Source of the DNA: an uncultured Solirubrobacteraceae bacterium
Lineage (GTDB): Bacteria; Actinomycetota; Thermoleophilia; Solirubrobacterales; Solirubrobacteraceae
NCBI GenBank assembly: GCA_963835865.1
Contig: CAWIGW010000006.1
Coordinates: 9,676 to 73,675 of the forward strand
Length of the DNA stretch: 64,000 bases
Direction of reading: 5' to 3'
Shown here: positions 53,057-64,000 of the stretch, piece by piece
How the letters are laid out: the number at the start of each line of letters is the position of its first letter
Position numbering within the stretch: position 1 is the first letter of the stretch
Notes under the pieces: model-generated
Told to the model about the DNA's origin: nothing
The model's database searches: none
What the model saw: the letters and a program-made list of their open reading frames with translations, nothing else
Made by a program: the position numbers and the translations under genes

Positions 53057-55748
53057 ATGGCTGACAGAGACACCCTCCCGAGAACCCCGGCGCCCCTCCG
53101 GCGACCGCAGGAGGAGGCCGGCACAACCTGGCAGCCCGGCGAGGGCAACGACCCCGCCGGAGCACCGTTCCCGCGTCAGCCCACCAGCCGTGCCCCTCGA
53201 GGTCTGCCCTCGGGCCGCACGCTCTGGGCCCTGATCGCACTCGCCTGCGTCGATCGCCGGACTGGTCGTCTCGATCGTCGTCGCCCAGTCGAAGGCCCAC
53301 TCGGATGCGACGGCCCACGACACTCCTTCGCCCACTCCACCGCGACGGCCGCCGGCCACACTGAAGCCGGCCCTGCAGCACGGTGAAGACCTGCTGACCA
53401 GCGCGGGCACCTACTTCGCCCACAACGCGATCGGCTCGCCCGCGGAATTCCAGGCCTGGGCGAAATGGGCCAAGGCCGTCCGCTCGCACCCCGAGCTCCA
53501 GTCGCTCGCACTGATCGCACTGGTCCGGGCGCCCGAACTGACGGAATTCAAGGCACGTGTCCTGGAAGTCCCGAAGCGCGCTCGCCTGCACATCTCGGCA
53601 GCGACGCTCAGCTCCTTCAAGATCACTCCTCCCGGTGGCACCTTCCACTGCCTGGCGCTCGCCGCGGTCGCCCGCCGGCCCGCGCTGAAGCCGCATGCCG
53701 GCAACGACTACTGCGCGCTACAACAGCGCCCTGCTGCCGACTCGTGACAACACCTCGACGATCTACGGGACCGTCCACCTGGCCCATCGGCAGCGGCCTG
53801 GAAGTCCTCACTCCCGTCTACCGCGGAAACGTCCCGCCGAAAACCGGCTTCGGCCGGCGGGCCGCCTTCGTCGGCTGGCTGCGCGAGATCCTCGGCCCGT
53901 CGCCGCTTCTCGCCGGTGCCCGCCAGGCCGAACCGGCTCTGGCGATCCGCCTGCGCCACCACACGCCCGACTCGACGGCGGGCTTCGCCAGCGGCACTCA
54001 GCCCCACACGGCGCTGACCGCGAGCACCAACCTGCACAACGGCTGGACGCTGCGGACCTTCGCTCCCGTGCCCTCGGCTTCGATCTCGAGCAACGGCGAC
54101 GCGAAGGCGATCCTGATCGGCGGCGCGATCCTCAGCCTCCTCTTCGGCGGCATCGTCTTCCTGCTCGGCGCCGGGAGCCTCGGCCCGCGGATACCGAAGC
54201 CCTCCGGACCCCAGAAGCGCGAAGAGCTCTATGACCAGCTGACCGGGCTGCCCAACCGCGGCCTGACACTCGACCGCGCCGAGCGGATGCTCGCCCGCGC
54301 CGGGCGCCAGTCGGGGCTGATGGTCGGGGCCCTGTTCGTGGACATCGACTGGTTCAAGGACGTCAACGACAAGCTCGGCCAGGAGGCCGGCGACCAGCTG
54401 CTGAAGACCGTCGGGGAGCGGCTCAACACCGTCATCCGCACGCACGACACGGTCGGGACGCTACGGCGGCGACGAGTTCGTCGTGCTCGTCGAATCGAAG
54501 GCCCGGGGCATGCGCCTGGACTCGCTTGCCCGGCGGATCATCGAGTCGCTCCACAAGCCCATCGAACTGGAGGGATTCGGTCCGAGCTTCTGTGTGACGG
54601 CCAGCATCGGGGTCGCCTTCGGCCGCTACGCGACACCCGAAGACCTGCTCCGCGACGCGCACATGGCGCTGTTCGCCGCCAAGGCCGCCGGCAAGGACCG
54701 CTACACGCTCTTCAACGCCAACATGCGCTCGGTCATCGAGGGTCGCGGCGTGCTCGAGAACGACCTCAACCGAGGGCACTCGAAGAAGAGCAGTTCTCGC
54801 TCCTCTACCAGCCGATCTTCGACCTCAACTCCCAGGGAGTCGTCGCGGTCGAGTCGCTGCTGCGCTGGCAGCACCCGGCGAAGGGCGAGATCTCCCCCGA
54901 CGACTTCATCCCGCTCGCCGAGGAGAGCGGCCTGATCGTGCCGATCGGCCGCTGGGTGCTCGAGCAGGCCTGCGCCGACGCCGCCGCCTGGAACGTCGAC
55001 GGCCACCGGGTCGCCGTCGCGGTCAAGGTCTCGGCCAACCAGCTCAACCGCGACGGCTTCGCGACCGACGTGCGCCGCGCTCTGCAGCAGTCGGGCCTCG
55101 ATGCGTCGCTGCTGATCCTCGAGATCGCCGAGACGACGGTCATGCTCGACGCGACGGGCGCCGCCCGGCGGCTGAACGATCTGCGCCAGCTCGGCGTGCG
55201 GATCGCGATCGACGACTTCGGCAGCGGTTACGCCTACCGCTCGGATCTGCAGCGGATGCCGATCGACTTCCTGAAGGTGGACCGCAGCTCGCTGGCCGCC
55301 TCCGAAGACGAGGACTACCGCAGCTGGCTGCTCGAGGCGATCCTGGTGTTCGGCCGCGATCTCTCCCTGACCGTCATCGCCAAGGGCGTCGAATCCCAGG
55401 AGCAGGTCTGGGAACTGAAGGAGATGGGCTGCTCGATGGCCCAGGGCTACTTCATGGGTCAGCCGGCCCCCGCCGGCGCCGTCGAGGAGCTGCTGGGCAT
55501 CTCGATTCCCGCGGCGCCCTCCACCGAGCCGGCCGCCCCGGCCGCCATCCTCGAGCACCCGTCGCCATCCGCCCCCGCCACCTACGACGCCCAGGTCAAA
55601 CTGGTCGAGCCACGCCCCCGTTGCGCCCCCGGCCGTGCGAGCGCACAGCCGGCGCCCCTGCATCCTACCCGTCGCTCCCGCTCCGCCGGTCAACGTCACG
55701 CCGGCCCCGCAGCCGGCCCCGCCGGCGCAGCGCCCCGAGCAGCACTAG
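53057..55748 (+). CDS. Membrane-bound GGDEF-EAL protein (multiple indels)
   Basis: DQLTGLPNR, DIDWFKDVNDKLGQEAGD, GGDEF (ggcggcgacgagttc near 54465), YQP..ESLLRW, DDFGSG, LKVDRS, QGY; Pro/Ala-rich tail. Confidence 0.88.
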
Positions 55749-55760
55749 CCCGCTTCGCGC

Positions 55761-56533
55761 TCAGCGCAGCCGGGCGACCCAGATCAGGTGGGCGATCTGA
55801 TGCGAGAACTCACCGATCGCGTGGCGGTCGAGGATCTCGGCCGCCCGGCGCAGCAGATTTTCTCGCTCAGGCGCCGCCAGGGCGCCGATCCAGCTGAACG
55901 AGGCGAGGTAGGCGAGCACGCGTGCCGGGTCTGGTCACGCGGTCGTCGTGCACCGTGATTTCCTCGAGGGGCCCGAAGCCGTTCTCCTCGCTGAGGGCGC
56001 CCGCCGCAAGGCCCTCGAAGCCCGGATAGGCGGGGTGCGCCGGGCCGGGCCTCCTCGAGCAGCGAGCCGATCTCCTGGATCCAGGGGCCCTCCCAGAGCG
56101 GCAGCAGTGCAGGATCGCCACGCCTCCTCCGGGTCGCAGCACCCTGCGGATCTCGGGCATCGCCCTGCTCTGGTCGAACCAGTGGAAGGAGTCGGCAGCG
56201 AAGACCGCATCGACCGACTGCTCGGGCAGCGGTATTTCCTCGGCGACCCCCGCGCGCACCCGCTCCGGCCCGATCGCCTGGGCCAGCAGCGCCCGCGTCT
56301 CCTCCAGCGGCTCGACCGCTGTCAGGTCCAGGCCGCCCGCCACGAGCGCCTCGGAGAGCTGGCCCGGTCCCGGCGCCGAGCTCGAGGACCGGTGAGCCGG
56401 GGCGCAGGTCCAGCGCGTCCATGACCGCCGTCACGACCTCCGCCCCGTAGCGGGGACGGGCATAGTCGTAGTTCGCGGCATCCGCGAAGCCGCCGACCAG
56501 CGGGTGAAGGGTCTGCTCGGAGGGGTCGCTCAC
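55761..56533 (-). CDS. Class I SAM-dependent methyltransferase (multiple indels)
   Basis: Y..ARP.Y, VLELGAGTG, AVEP, AEEIPL, ADSFHWF, RVLRPGG. Confidence 0.85.
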
Positions 56534-56709
56534 CTTCTGAAATATGCCATGTGAGGCCGTCCTCGTCACGACCTGACGCGAGCCGTGATCCGCGGAGGGG
56601 CTCCTCGGCGAGGTGGCCGGTCGTCCCCGGCCGCTAGGGTTGCGCGATCCTGGATGTCCCCGGCGATGGATTGGCGCACGGACATCCTCACAACCAACCA
56701 GGGGGACCT

Positions 56710-57096
56710 ATGACCCGAAGGCGATACCCGATGCTTCTCGCCGCCCTGTCGTGCGCGGCGCTGCTCGCCGGATGCGGGAGCAGCAGCTCCTCCTCGTCGA
56801 GCAGCAACACCAGCTCGACGCCGGCTGCGACCACTTCGAGCACCTCGACGGGCTCCACCAGCTCCTCGAACCCGCAGATCCAGGCGGCCGTCGAAGAGTG
56901 CAAATCGATCGTCGCCTCAGAGTCCAAGCTGCCTCAGGGCGCCAAAGAAAAACTCGAGGCCGCCTGCTCAAAGGCAGCCAAAGGCGACACCAACGCGGTC
57001 AAGGCCGCCGCGCGCGAAGTCTGCGAAGAAGTGATCGACCAGTCACCGCTGCCCTCCTCGGCGAAGGAAGCAGCGAAGGCCAACTGCAAGAAATAG
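56710..57096 (+). CDS. Small lipoprotein
   Basis: Lipobox LLAGC, Ser/Thr linker, helical domain with four Cys. Confidence 0.8.
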   Translation: MTRRRYPMLLAALSCAALLAGCGSSSSSSSSSNTSSTPAATTSSTSTGSTSSSNPQIQAAVEECKSIVASESKLPQGAKEKLEAACSKAAKGDTNAVKAAAREVCEEVIDQSPLPSSAKEAAKANCKK

Positions 57097-57116
57097 GCCC
57101 CCGGGCCGAGAACCCG

Positions 57117-57153
57117 CCCTCCGGCGTCGCCTGACCCGCGCGACGCCGGAGGG
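57117..57153. terminator. Hairpin between convergent genes
   Basis: ccctccggcgtcgc-N9-gcgacgccggaggg, a 14-bp perfect stem. Confidence 0.7.
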
Positions 57154-57194
57154 ATGGGTCGTCTCAGATGGAGCGGCTCAGCCGGGTCGCCGGC

Positions 57195-58689
57195 TCAGCT
57201 GACACCTTCCAGGAACGGAATGAGTTCCTTGTAGAAGATGTTCCCTTCGATTTCGCCGTTCGGCTCGGCCGCAGCCGGGTCGTTGTGCGCGTATTCGTTT
57301 TCCCGGTCGATCAGCGTCAGGTTGCCCGAGGGGATCCCCGACTGTTCGGCGAGGACTTCGGCGGCCGTGAGCGTGCTCGAGCCGAACAGTTTGTCCAGTT
57401 CGGAGCTGATCGCCAGGATCTTCAGCGAGGTCGGCAGTTCGTGCCCATGGATCGCGTGCTCGCCCAGGACTTCCTGGGCCGGGTTGTTGTTGCCGTCCGC
57501 GACCGCGCCCGTGTCGATCGTGAGCCTTTCGGGGAAGTACCACTCCGAGCCGTCTGCGCGGTTGACTCCCGCGCCGGCCAGCATTTCGGCGTAGCGGTGA
57601 ATCGGCGAGATGGCGCCGCTGCCGTCCCAGCCGACGAGTCCGTCTTCTTTGGCCGTTTCTTCGAGGCCTTTGCCGGCGTGCACCTGCGCCGCGGCCAGCG
57701 ACGGCGGTGAGGTGCCGACGTTGACGCCGAAGCCGAACTCGGCTTCGTTGGTGACCGGGATCAGTTCACCTTTGCCGTTGTGAGGCTTCAGGTAGCCGGG
57801 CAGCAGCGCGAAGTTCTCGGCCAGCGAAGCGCCTTCGGGTGCCTGCAGCGTGGACATGGCGCCGAGCGAGGAGAACAGGCCGAGGTAGGGCGCGCTGATC
57901 CCGCCGAACGCCAGCCAGGGCGTGCCTTTGTTGAGTTTGGCGAGCCGTTCTTCGGCGGCTTCTTTGCTGATCGCCGTCGGGCCGCTTCCGCCGTCGTCAT
58001 AGACGAGGCCGGAGAGACCTTCGGCGCCGACTTTGCCGGCGAAGTCCCAGGTCGCATATGCGGTGACCACCGAGCCGCCGAGCGAGTGCCCTGCGAGGAC
58101 GACCTTGCCGCCGAGCCCTTTGGCCGATTCGATCACCGTGTGAAGGTCTTCGACGGCGACGTTCATACCCCATTGGCGCGCGAACGGGGCGCTCGATTCG
58201 GGCAGGAACATCGTGTGGGGCTTGTTGCTCGGCGATTCGGTCAGGAAGCCCAGGTAGTAGTGGAAGACCTGTTCGGCGGTTGCGTTCCCGCGCTTTGCCT
58301 TGTTGAGGTAGGTCTGGTCCTCGAGCAGGTTCTCACGGCGTTCCACCGCCCAGATCTGCCAGCCGGGAAGCTTTTCGACGAGGTTCTTCGCCAGCGGGAC
58401 GAAGTAGGCGCCGCCGCCCGAGGTCCCCGGCTCGATGACCATCACGTTCTTGGCGTTGGGCTTGCCGACCTTGATCACCCCGACCTGGTTGAGGTTGAGG
58501 TTCTTCTTCAGGCGCATGCCCGGAACGTTGAACGACGAGGGCGTCCCCGGCGCGGCCGGAGCCGGCATCCACTTCTCTTTGACCGTCACCGTCGCGGCCG
58601 ACGCGGCTGAAGCCGCGAGGCCGCAGCTCAGAACAACGCCGATCACGCTCAGCGCAAGCCGACACAACCAACCCTCTGTGAGTGCCCAT
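57195..58689 (-). CDS. Secreted alpha/beta hydrolase (probable indel near the start)
   Basis: SD + ATG at 58689; signal peptide ...AASAASA; PGTSGG, AGHSLGG nucleophile, YAHND. Confidence 0.78.
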
Positions 58690-58804
58690 CTCCTGTCCCC
58701 TCCTGCTCGGTTACCCGACGCGGCCCGCCAACGGGCCAGCGTCCTTCTCCACCTGAAACGGTAGCCGGTTCCAGGCGTCTCCGTGTGAGCGTGGGGGTCG
58801 GGAG

Positions 58805-59466
58805 CTACTCGCCCGGCTCGGGCGGGTCCTGGTCCTCGACTCCGCGTCCTCGTCCTCTCCGGCGTAGAGGGACTCCCGCGCGAGCTCGCGTCCGCGGTCG
58901 TCGAACAGCTTGATCTCGAGCAGGTCCTGTCGGTAGGCGTCCGGGGCAAGCAGGGTGAAGCGCTCCTCGATCACCTCGCACTGGTCGACCGCCAGGTCGG
59001 CCAGCTCGGCCGTCGCGATGGCGCCCGAGGAGACCAGCGGATGCCCCCAGACGAGCGTCATCTCGGCCACCGCCCCCGCCTCGCCGCGCCAGCTCCCGAC
59101 GACCTCGTCGCAGAGGTCCAGCTTCCAGTCGGGGTTCCGCTCGGCGGTCTCCTCGGTGAAGTCGACCTGGGCGAAGAAGTCGCTCGGCTCGCCGGCCTCG
59201 CCGCCGGGGAGGAAGCGGACATAGCCGAACAGTTCATAGCCGCCCGAGGTGAGCGAGGTCGCCGGCACGTAGGTGCGTCCGTGCCAGGTCCGGTCGGGAT
59301 ACCAGGTGATCGCATCGGGATCACCCAGGTCCTCGGGCTTGCCCTCGAGCGCCAGCGCGGCGGTCAGGAACTCGTCTCGCAGCCGCTGCTCCCAACGGCC
59401 GTAGGGCAGCGGGTCCTGCGGCGGCTCGGCGGCGAAGCGGGGTAGGAAGCGTTCCTCGGGTGCCAT
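58805..59466 (-). CDS. Hypothetical acidic protein
   Basis: ORF with GC-typical codons, co-oriented with galT; C-terminal indel likely. Confidence 0.65.
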
Positions 59467-59507
59467 CTGCTGGGCGCCAGACTAACCGGCCTGACTGGCG
59501 GGGGCGC

Positions 59508-60524
59508 TCAGGCCTCGCGCAGCGCCGCCGCGGCGTCCTCGGGCGCGACGATGTTCAGGTTCAGGTCGGTGGACAGCTCGAGACCCGCCAGGTGGGTCAG
59601 CCGGGGCATGATGTCGATCCTCCAGCAGAAGTCCTCGGCTCCGCGCGGGGCGGTCCGGACCCAGAGGTTCAGCGGAGGGCTCGAGCCGAGCCGCCTTGCC
59701 AGACGGCTGAGACCGTCGTGGAGCAGGGCCGCGCCGGTGGCACCCTCGTCCTCGAAGCGGGCACGGGGCCGCCGCGGGGCGAGCATCAGCTGGAACGGCA
59801 GGCGCGAGGCGAACGGTGCGATCAGAACAGCCTCGTCGTCGATCGCCACGATCCTCTCGCCGCGGCGGACCTCCTCTGCGATCAGGTCGCCGAGCAGGCT
59901 CTGGCCCATCGTCCTCGCCGTGTAGGCGCTCGCGCGCTCACGCTCGCGCGCGACGGCCGCCGGCACGAAGTCCAGCGCGTAGAGCTGGGCGTGGGTGTGG
60001 GGCAGGGAAGCCCCCGCCTCGCGCCGCTCGTTGACGATCAGCTGCAGGTAGGCGCTGGCCCGGTGGGCCCGCATGCGCTCGCGCCATACATCAACCGCCG
60101 CGACCACCTGGGCGGAGGGGAGTTCCGCCAGGGAGAGGACCGACTGAGGTCCGTTGACGATCACCTCATGGGCGCCGGTGGCGGGGCGTTTGATGAACAG
60201 CTCGGGGGCCCCCGGCCGGCTGCCGGGGGCTCTTCGACGGATCCGATGCTCTCCGCGGCTCCCGGCTGGGGCGGGTCGAGTGCGGGGTAGAGGTTGGGAA
60301 CGACCCGCACCGTCCAGCCGGGTGTGTCGGCTGCCCCGCCGCCGGGCCGTAGCGGCGTAGAGCTCGGGCGGCGTGCGGTCCTCGTGACCCTCGGCAAAGG
60401 GGTCTGACTCAACGTCGATCGGCTGCGGAGGCTCGCAGCGAGGCTCGCCGCCGGGCCGTCGCGAACGCTCCCCCGCGACGATCGTGCGGTGGCCGCTCAA
60501 CGGGTCGGTCCTCAATTCCGGCAT
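59508..60524 (-). CDS. galT: Galactose-1-phosphate uridylyltransferase-like HIT protein (compensating indels)
   Basis: ELRTDPL...R.RRP, WTVRVVPNLYPAL (other frame), GAHEVIV, AGASLPHTHAQ, PRL..LAGLEL. Confidence 0.82.
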   Translation of the reverse strand: MPELRTDPLSGHRTIVAGERSRRPGGEPRCEPPQPIDVESDPFAEGHEDRTPPELYAATARRRGSRHTRLDGAGRSQPLPRTRPAPAGSRGEHRIRRRAPGSRPGAPELFIKRPATGAHEVIVNGPQSVLSLAELPSAQVVAAVDVWRERMRAHRASAYLQLIVNERREAGASLPHTHAQLYALDFVPAAVARERERASAYTARTMGQSLLGDLIAEEVRRGERIVAIDDEAVLIAPFASRLPFQLMLAPRRPRARFEDEGATGAALLHDGLSRLARRLGSSPPLNLWVRTAPRGAEDFCWRIDIMPRLTHLAGLELSTDLNLNIVAPEDAAAALREA

Positions 60525-60528
60525 CTGC

Positions 60529-61119
60529 TCACCCGTCCAGTGCGTAGCGGTTGACGTCGGCTTCGAGCTTGGCGACGCTCGGGTAGGGACCCTGGCGCAC
60601 GTACTCGCCTCCCCGGCTGTTGATGAAGACCGTCACCGGGGTGAAGCTCGATTCGGTGACCGCCTGGCCGGCTCGCTCGCTCGGGTCGAAGTAGCTCGGG
60701 TAGCTGACGGGGAACGAGCGGAGGAATTCTTCGGGCTTGCCTCTCGAGGTGTCGCCGGAGTCGATCCCAAGGAAGGCCACCTGCTTGCCGCGTGCCACCG
60801 ACACGGATTGAAAGACGCCGAACTCGGCCCTGCACGGGGCGCACCAGGAGGCCCACCTGTTGATCACCGTCGGGTGGCCCTTGAGCGTGGCGAGTCGCGC
60901 GCGGACGGCCGGCAGGCCTCCGTCCAGCAGCTGGTTGGCCTGGGCGTGCAGTGCGGCCAGCAGGGGGGGCGAGCCGGCCAGGCGGGCCTGCATCTGCGCC
61001 GGGGTCAGACGGGAGGGTTCGGAGGGGGTGCTTTTGTGGCCCAGCTCGAGCAGGCCGACGACGAGCAGGATCACGATCGCGAGGGCGGACCCCGCCAGCA
61101 ACAGGCGCCTTGGCGACAT
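60529..61119 (-). CDS. TlpA/ResA-like thiol-disulfide oxidoreductase
   Basis: N-terminal TM, N.WASWCAPCR.E, YPSYFDP, P.TVFI. Confidence 0.88.
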   Translation of the reverse strand: MSPRRLLLAGSALAIVILLVVGLLELGHKSTPSEPSRLTPAQMQARLAGSPPLLAALHAQANQLLDGGLPAVRARLATLKGHPTVINRWASWCAPCRAEFGVFQSVSVARGKQVAFLGIDSGDTSRGKPEEFLRSFPVSYPSYFDPSERAGQAVTESSFTPVTVFINSRGGEYVRQGPYPSVAKLEADVNRYALDG

Positions 61120-61299
61120 GCCGGTAAGGGTCGCAGATGACGCTCACTTCAATCGCGCCTCTGCGTGCTATATCCTGAGGCTACGTCGAGCCGGGGCGAA
61201 CAGAGCCTCCGGCGAGAGGCGCCAACGGGGCGCCGACGCTTTTCGAGCCGTGTCGGAGTTGCATGCGACCACGGCTCTGTCTCGAAGTCCAGAGCCTCT

Positions 61300-63993
61300 A
61301 TGGCCGAGTCCACCTCAGTGGCCCTCGCGGCCGCGACCATTCCAACTGCCGCCGACATTGCCCGCGCGGAGAAGCTCGTGCGCGAGCGTTTCGTCCACGA
61401 GGGCGAGGATCCAGCGGTCGCCCTCGCGCCTGGAACCCCTCGGCGCAGGGCTCTGGATCTCGCTCTGGCCGAGCTCGAGGAGGACCCGAAGGCGAAGCAC
61501 CCCTCGACGGCATGGAGGCGCGAGTTCTCGCTGCTGCTCGGACTTGAGCGCCTGCTCTCCGACGAGGAGCCGAAGCTGGTCGACGGCACGGTTCTCTCGG
61601 CACACCAGGTCGATGCGCTGTCGGGAACGCTGACCGCGCTGCTGGCCGAGGCGCAGCTGCGCAACGGGCAGGGAGGAAGCGGAGCGCCTGCCACCTCGGC
61701 TTCGCCCGAGCTGCTGGCATCGGCTGACATCCTCGGCCCGGACGAGGAGCCCGGCGAGCCCTCGGCAAAGGATGGCGGCGAGCCGGAGCCGGAGGACGAC
61801 GAGGACGAGGACGACTACCAGGAGGACGATGACGAACCGGACGAGGATGACGATGACCTCGGCCCGGTCCAGCGTGCCGCGCCGGAGGAGGACGAGGAGG
61901 AGGACGAGGACGAGGACATCATCGAAGCCGACCCGGAGGAGGATGACGAGCCCGAGACGGAGACCGAATCAGATGAGGAGCCCCGGGACTGGGTCGACGA
62001 GGAGGACGACGACGCGTCGCTCTCCGAGCAGCCCGAAGACCCCAACGCGGCCAAGCGGTTCTGGTTCGAGCATGCAACGGGTGCCGGCAAGACGGTCGCG
62101 GCACTGGGCTTCGTCGAGGCTTCCCAGACGGGTGGTGTGCTGATCCTCACCCACCGGCGCAACCTGGTCGACCAGTTCAACGGGGAGCTCCGCGACCGGG
62201 GCTACACCAACCGCATCAGCAAACCCCTGCTGCAGGGCGAGGACTCCGTCAAGGGCCCTGTGACGGTTGAGACCTACCAGTGGTTCGTGCGCAACGCCGG
62301 CAAGATCTCAAGCGCCTACACGATCGTCATCTGCGACGAGGCCCACACCGCCCTGGGCGAGAAGACGAGCGCCGCGATCCGCAGCTGGACGGGCCCGATC
62401 TTCATCGGCATGACCGCTACCGGCGCGCTCATCGCCCGCCACGTCACCGACCTCTTCCCGACCCAGACCTCGCGCTTCGACCTTGCTCTGGCGGCCCGTC
62501 GCGGCGTCATCTCGCCGCTGCGCTGCGTGCGGATCTCCCCGGGCGTGGGGGTGCGGACGATCGCCAAGGTGCCGCTGCGCCGAGGCGAGGTCGACACCGA
62601 GTTCGACCAGGACGAGCTCGCCAAACTGCTCGACCAGCAGCCCTTCAACCTGGCGGTCGCAAACCTCTACAAGACTCGATTCAACGGGGTTCCGGGCGTC
62701 GTCTATGCGGCCGGCGTGCGCCACGCCTACAACCTCGCCGAAGCCTTCCGGGCCGAGAACATGAAGGCCCAGGCCGTCTCGGGCGAGACACCCAAGCGCG
62801 AGCTGGTGGAGATCCTGGCCCGCTACGAGCGCGGTGACATCGATGTCCTGATCAACGCCCAGCTTCTGGCCGAGGGTTGGAACAGCCCTCGCGCGACCGT
62901 CTGTGTCCATCTGGCTCCCACCGCCTCCAAGCGGATCTATCAGCAACGGGTCGGCCGTGTGACCCGTCGCCACCCCGGCAAGGAGGCGGGTCTGGTGGTC
63001 GACTTCGTCCACCCGGCGACGAAGCACGACGATCCGGTGGTCACACTGCATTCGCTTCTCGACCGCGACGTCTACCGGGGTGGTGCGATCGTCGTCGGCC
63101 CCGTCAGGCGAGGCCGGGGCCGCCGGATGCGGGTCGAGCGGCGGGTGCTTCCGGTCTGCGCGGAGGAGGAGCGGCGGTTCGCCGTCTTCGAGCGTGAGCT
63201 CTGGCGGATCGCCGTCGAGCACCTCGACTACGGCGAGCAACACCTCTGGGCCGCTCTGGCGGGAGCCCGGGTGGCGCCGAATGGCTGGCGCCGTGCACGA
63301 GCCATGCTGCACTTCGACCGTACCGGCGAGCTGAAGAGCAGATTCCTGATCACGGCCGTCAAGCGCAACACCAGCGCCCAGCTCCGGCTGCGCGCCCTGG
63401 CTGACATCGCCGCGCTGAAGGATCCCGATGCTTTCGACGAGGCGATCGACATCATCGGCGGGTGGCCTCGCGAGGAGCGCAAGGAGGCCTCCAAGATAAT
63501 GCTTCGCGCACTGGTGGAGCGCCGGATCGGCCGCCGCGATCAGGCCAACGCCTGGATCTGGAGGCTGGCCGAGTACACCAGGGATGTCCATGAGGAGTAC
63601 GCCGTTCAGCGCTGGCCGGAGACCAAGCGGCTGCTGGGCCTGCTGGTCAACTCGGCGGGTGGAGCCCACGCCCGCAATGCCCGGCGGCTGATCCACGCCG
63701 CCCGCAAGCAGGACCGACGCCTTGCGGCGGCGCTCCTCGCTGCCGCCCTGGCTCACACTCCCGAGGCCGAGGAGGCTCTCAGGGGTGCCCGCACGAGGAT
63801 GGCCCGCAAGCCGCCTGCGCTCGCGCGGGAGCTGCTGCGCAACTTCCCCAAGCGCCGTGCAAGGAACACCAGGCGCAGGCGAAGCAAGGGCTCTCGCCAG
63901 TCGGGGAACGGCTCGGCACCCCAGGCCGCCAACACCGGTGGGGGCGGCGCGAAGGCCGGCCCGGCCCCCGATCAGGAGCTCGTTCAGCCGTAG
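61300..63993 (+). CDS. SF2 DEAH-box helicase (ResIII/Irc3-like) with an acidic insertion
   Basis: HQVDAL (Q-motif-like), ATGAGKT, ICDEAH, GMTAT, LAEGWN, QQRVGRVTR. Confidence 0.88.
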   Translation: MAESTSVALAAATIPTAADIARAEKLVRERFVHEGEDPAVALAPGTPRRRALDLALAELEEDPKAKHPSTAWRREFSLLLGLERLLSDEEPKLVDGTVLSAHQVDALSGTLTALLAEAQLRNGQGGSGAPATSASPELLASADILGPDEEPGEPSAKDGGEPEPEDDEDEDDYQEDDDEPDEDDDDLGPVQRAAPEEDEEEDEDEDIIEADPEEDDEPETETESDEEPRDWVDEEDDDASLSEQPEDPNAAKRFWFEHATGAGKTVAALGFVEASQTGGVLILTHRRNLVDQFNGELRDRGYTNRISKPLLQGEDSVKGPVTVETYQWFVRNAGKISSAYTIVICDEAHTALGEKTSAAIRSWTGPIFIGMTATGALIARHVTDLFPTQTSRFDLALAARRGVISPLRCVRISPGVGVRTIAKVPLRRGEVDTEFDQDELAKLLDQQPFNLAVANLYKTRFNGVPGVVYAAGVRHAYNLAEAFRAENMKAQAVSGETPKRELVEILARYERGDIDVLINAQLLAEGWNSPRATVCVHLAPTASKRIYQQRVGRVTRRHPGKEAGLVVDFVHPATKHDDPVVTLHSLLDRDVYRGGAIVVGPVRRGRGRRMRVERRVLPVCAEEERRFAVFERELWRIAVEHLDYGEQHLWAALAGARVAPNGWRRARAMLHFDRTGELKSRFLITAVKRNTSAQLRLRALADIAALKDPDAFDEAIDIIGGWPREERKEASKIMLRALVERRIGRRDQANAWIWRLAEYTRDVHEEYAVQRWPETKRLLGLLVNSAGGAHARNARRLIHAARKQDRRLAAALLAAALAHTPEAEEALRGARTRMARKPPALARELLRNFPKRRARNTRRRRSKGSRQSGNGSAPQAANTGGGGAKAGPAPDQELVQP

Positions 63994-64000
63994 CTCGGAG

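Noticed and set aside
56635-56690. Possible fluoride or guanidine riboswitch (ctagggtt, ggcgatgg inside a ggatgtcc/ggacatcc stem)
   Set aside because: The remaining consensus elements are missing and the downstream gene is an unrelated lipoprotein; more likely a -10 box plus a leader hairpin.
61177-61298. M-box (ykoK) riboswitch
   Set aside because: Only short resemblances (tgaggct, g.cgccaa.ggg) with wrong spacing and gene context; kept as an unassigned structured leader.
61780-62040. gacgag/gaggac-rich tandem repeat
   Set aside because: It is the codon-level result of the acidic protein tract, not an independent DNA repeat.

Overview
High-GC actinobacterial chromosome segment. Gene content and secreted-protein N-terminal motifs suggest Thermoleophilia/Solirubrobacterales; this taxonomy is an inference. 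Single-base indels break many genes, including essential ones (purA, rplI, rpsF tail, pyrE), and become dense at 21-22 kb and 37-56 kb. This pattern fits an unpolished long-read assembly, so split genes are reported as single CDSs. Positions 1-21 kb are core: BVMO, purA, a DnaC-like ATPase coupled to dnaB, rplI-rpsR-ssb-(fatty acid hydroxylase)-rpsF, otsA/treT-like genes, a cell-envelope cluster (degenerate M28 membrane protein + sortase, PBP1a-infA-thiL, PIG-V-like mannosyltransferase, CPBP protease, L,D-transpeptidase), pyrE and a GNAT. A tRNA-Arg(CCT) at 21028-21099 is followed by three more copies of its 43-bp 3' half (22738, 30439, 34177). These delimit a tandem array of small cargo cassettes (1.7, 7.7 and 3.7 kb, plus a probable fourth) that share end motifs, carry toxin-antitoxin modules and retain only an integrase relic. 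One cassette encodes the most unusual unit in the window: a signal peptide/collagen/T6SS-Hcp fusion with no other T6SS genes nearby, translationally coupled to a Rickettsia-PKMT-like methyltransferase. Positions 37-64 kb hold accessory and metabolic genes: MFS, FAD oxidoreductase, ABC1 kinase, CocE/NonD hydrolase, a MurD/MurE-hybrid ligase, gadB, a GGDEF-EAL protein, galT, TlpA, and an SF2 helicase with a long acidic insert and a structured leader. All family calls come from motif recognition; no database searches were run.
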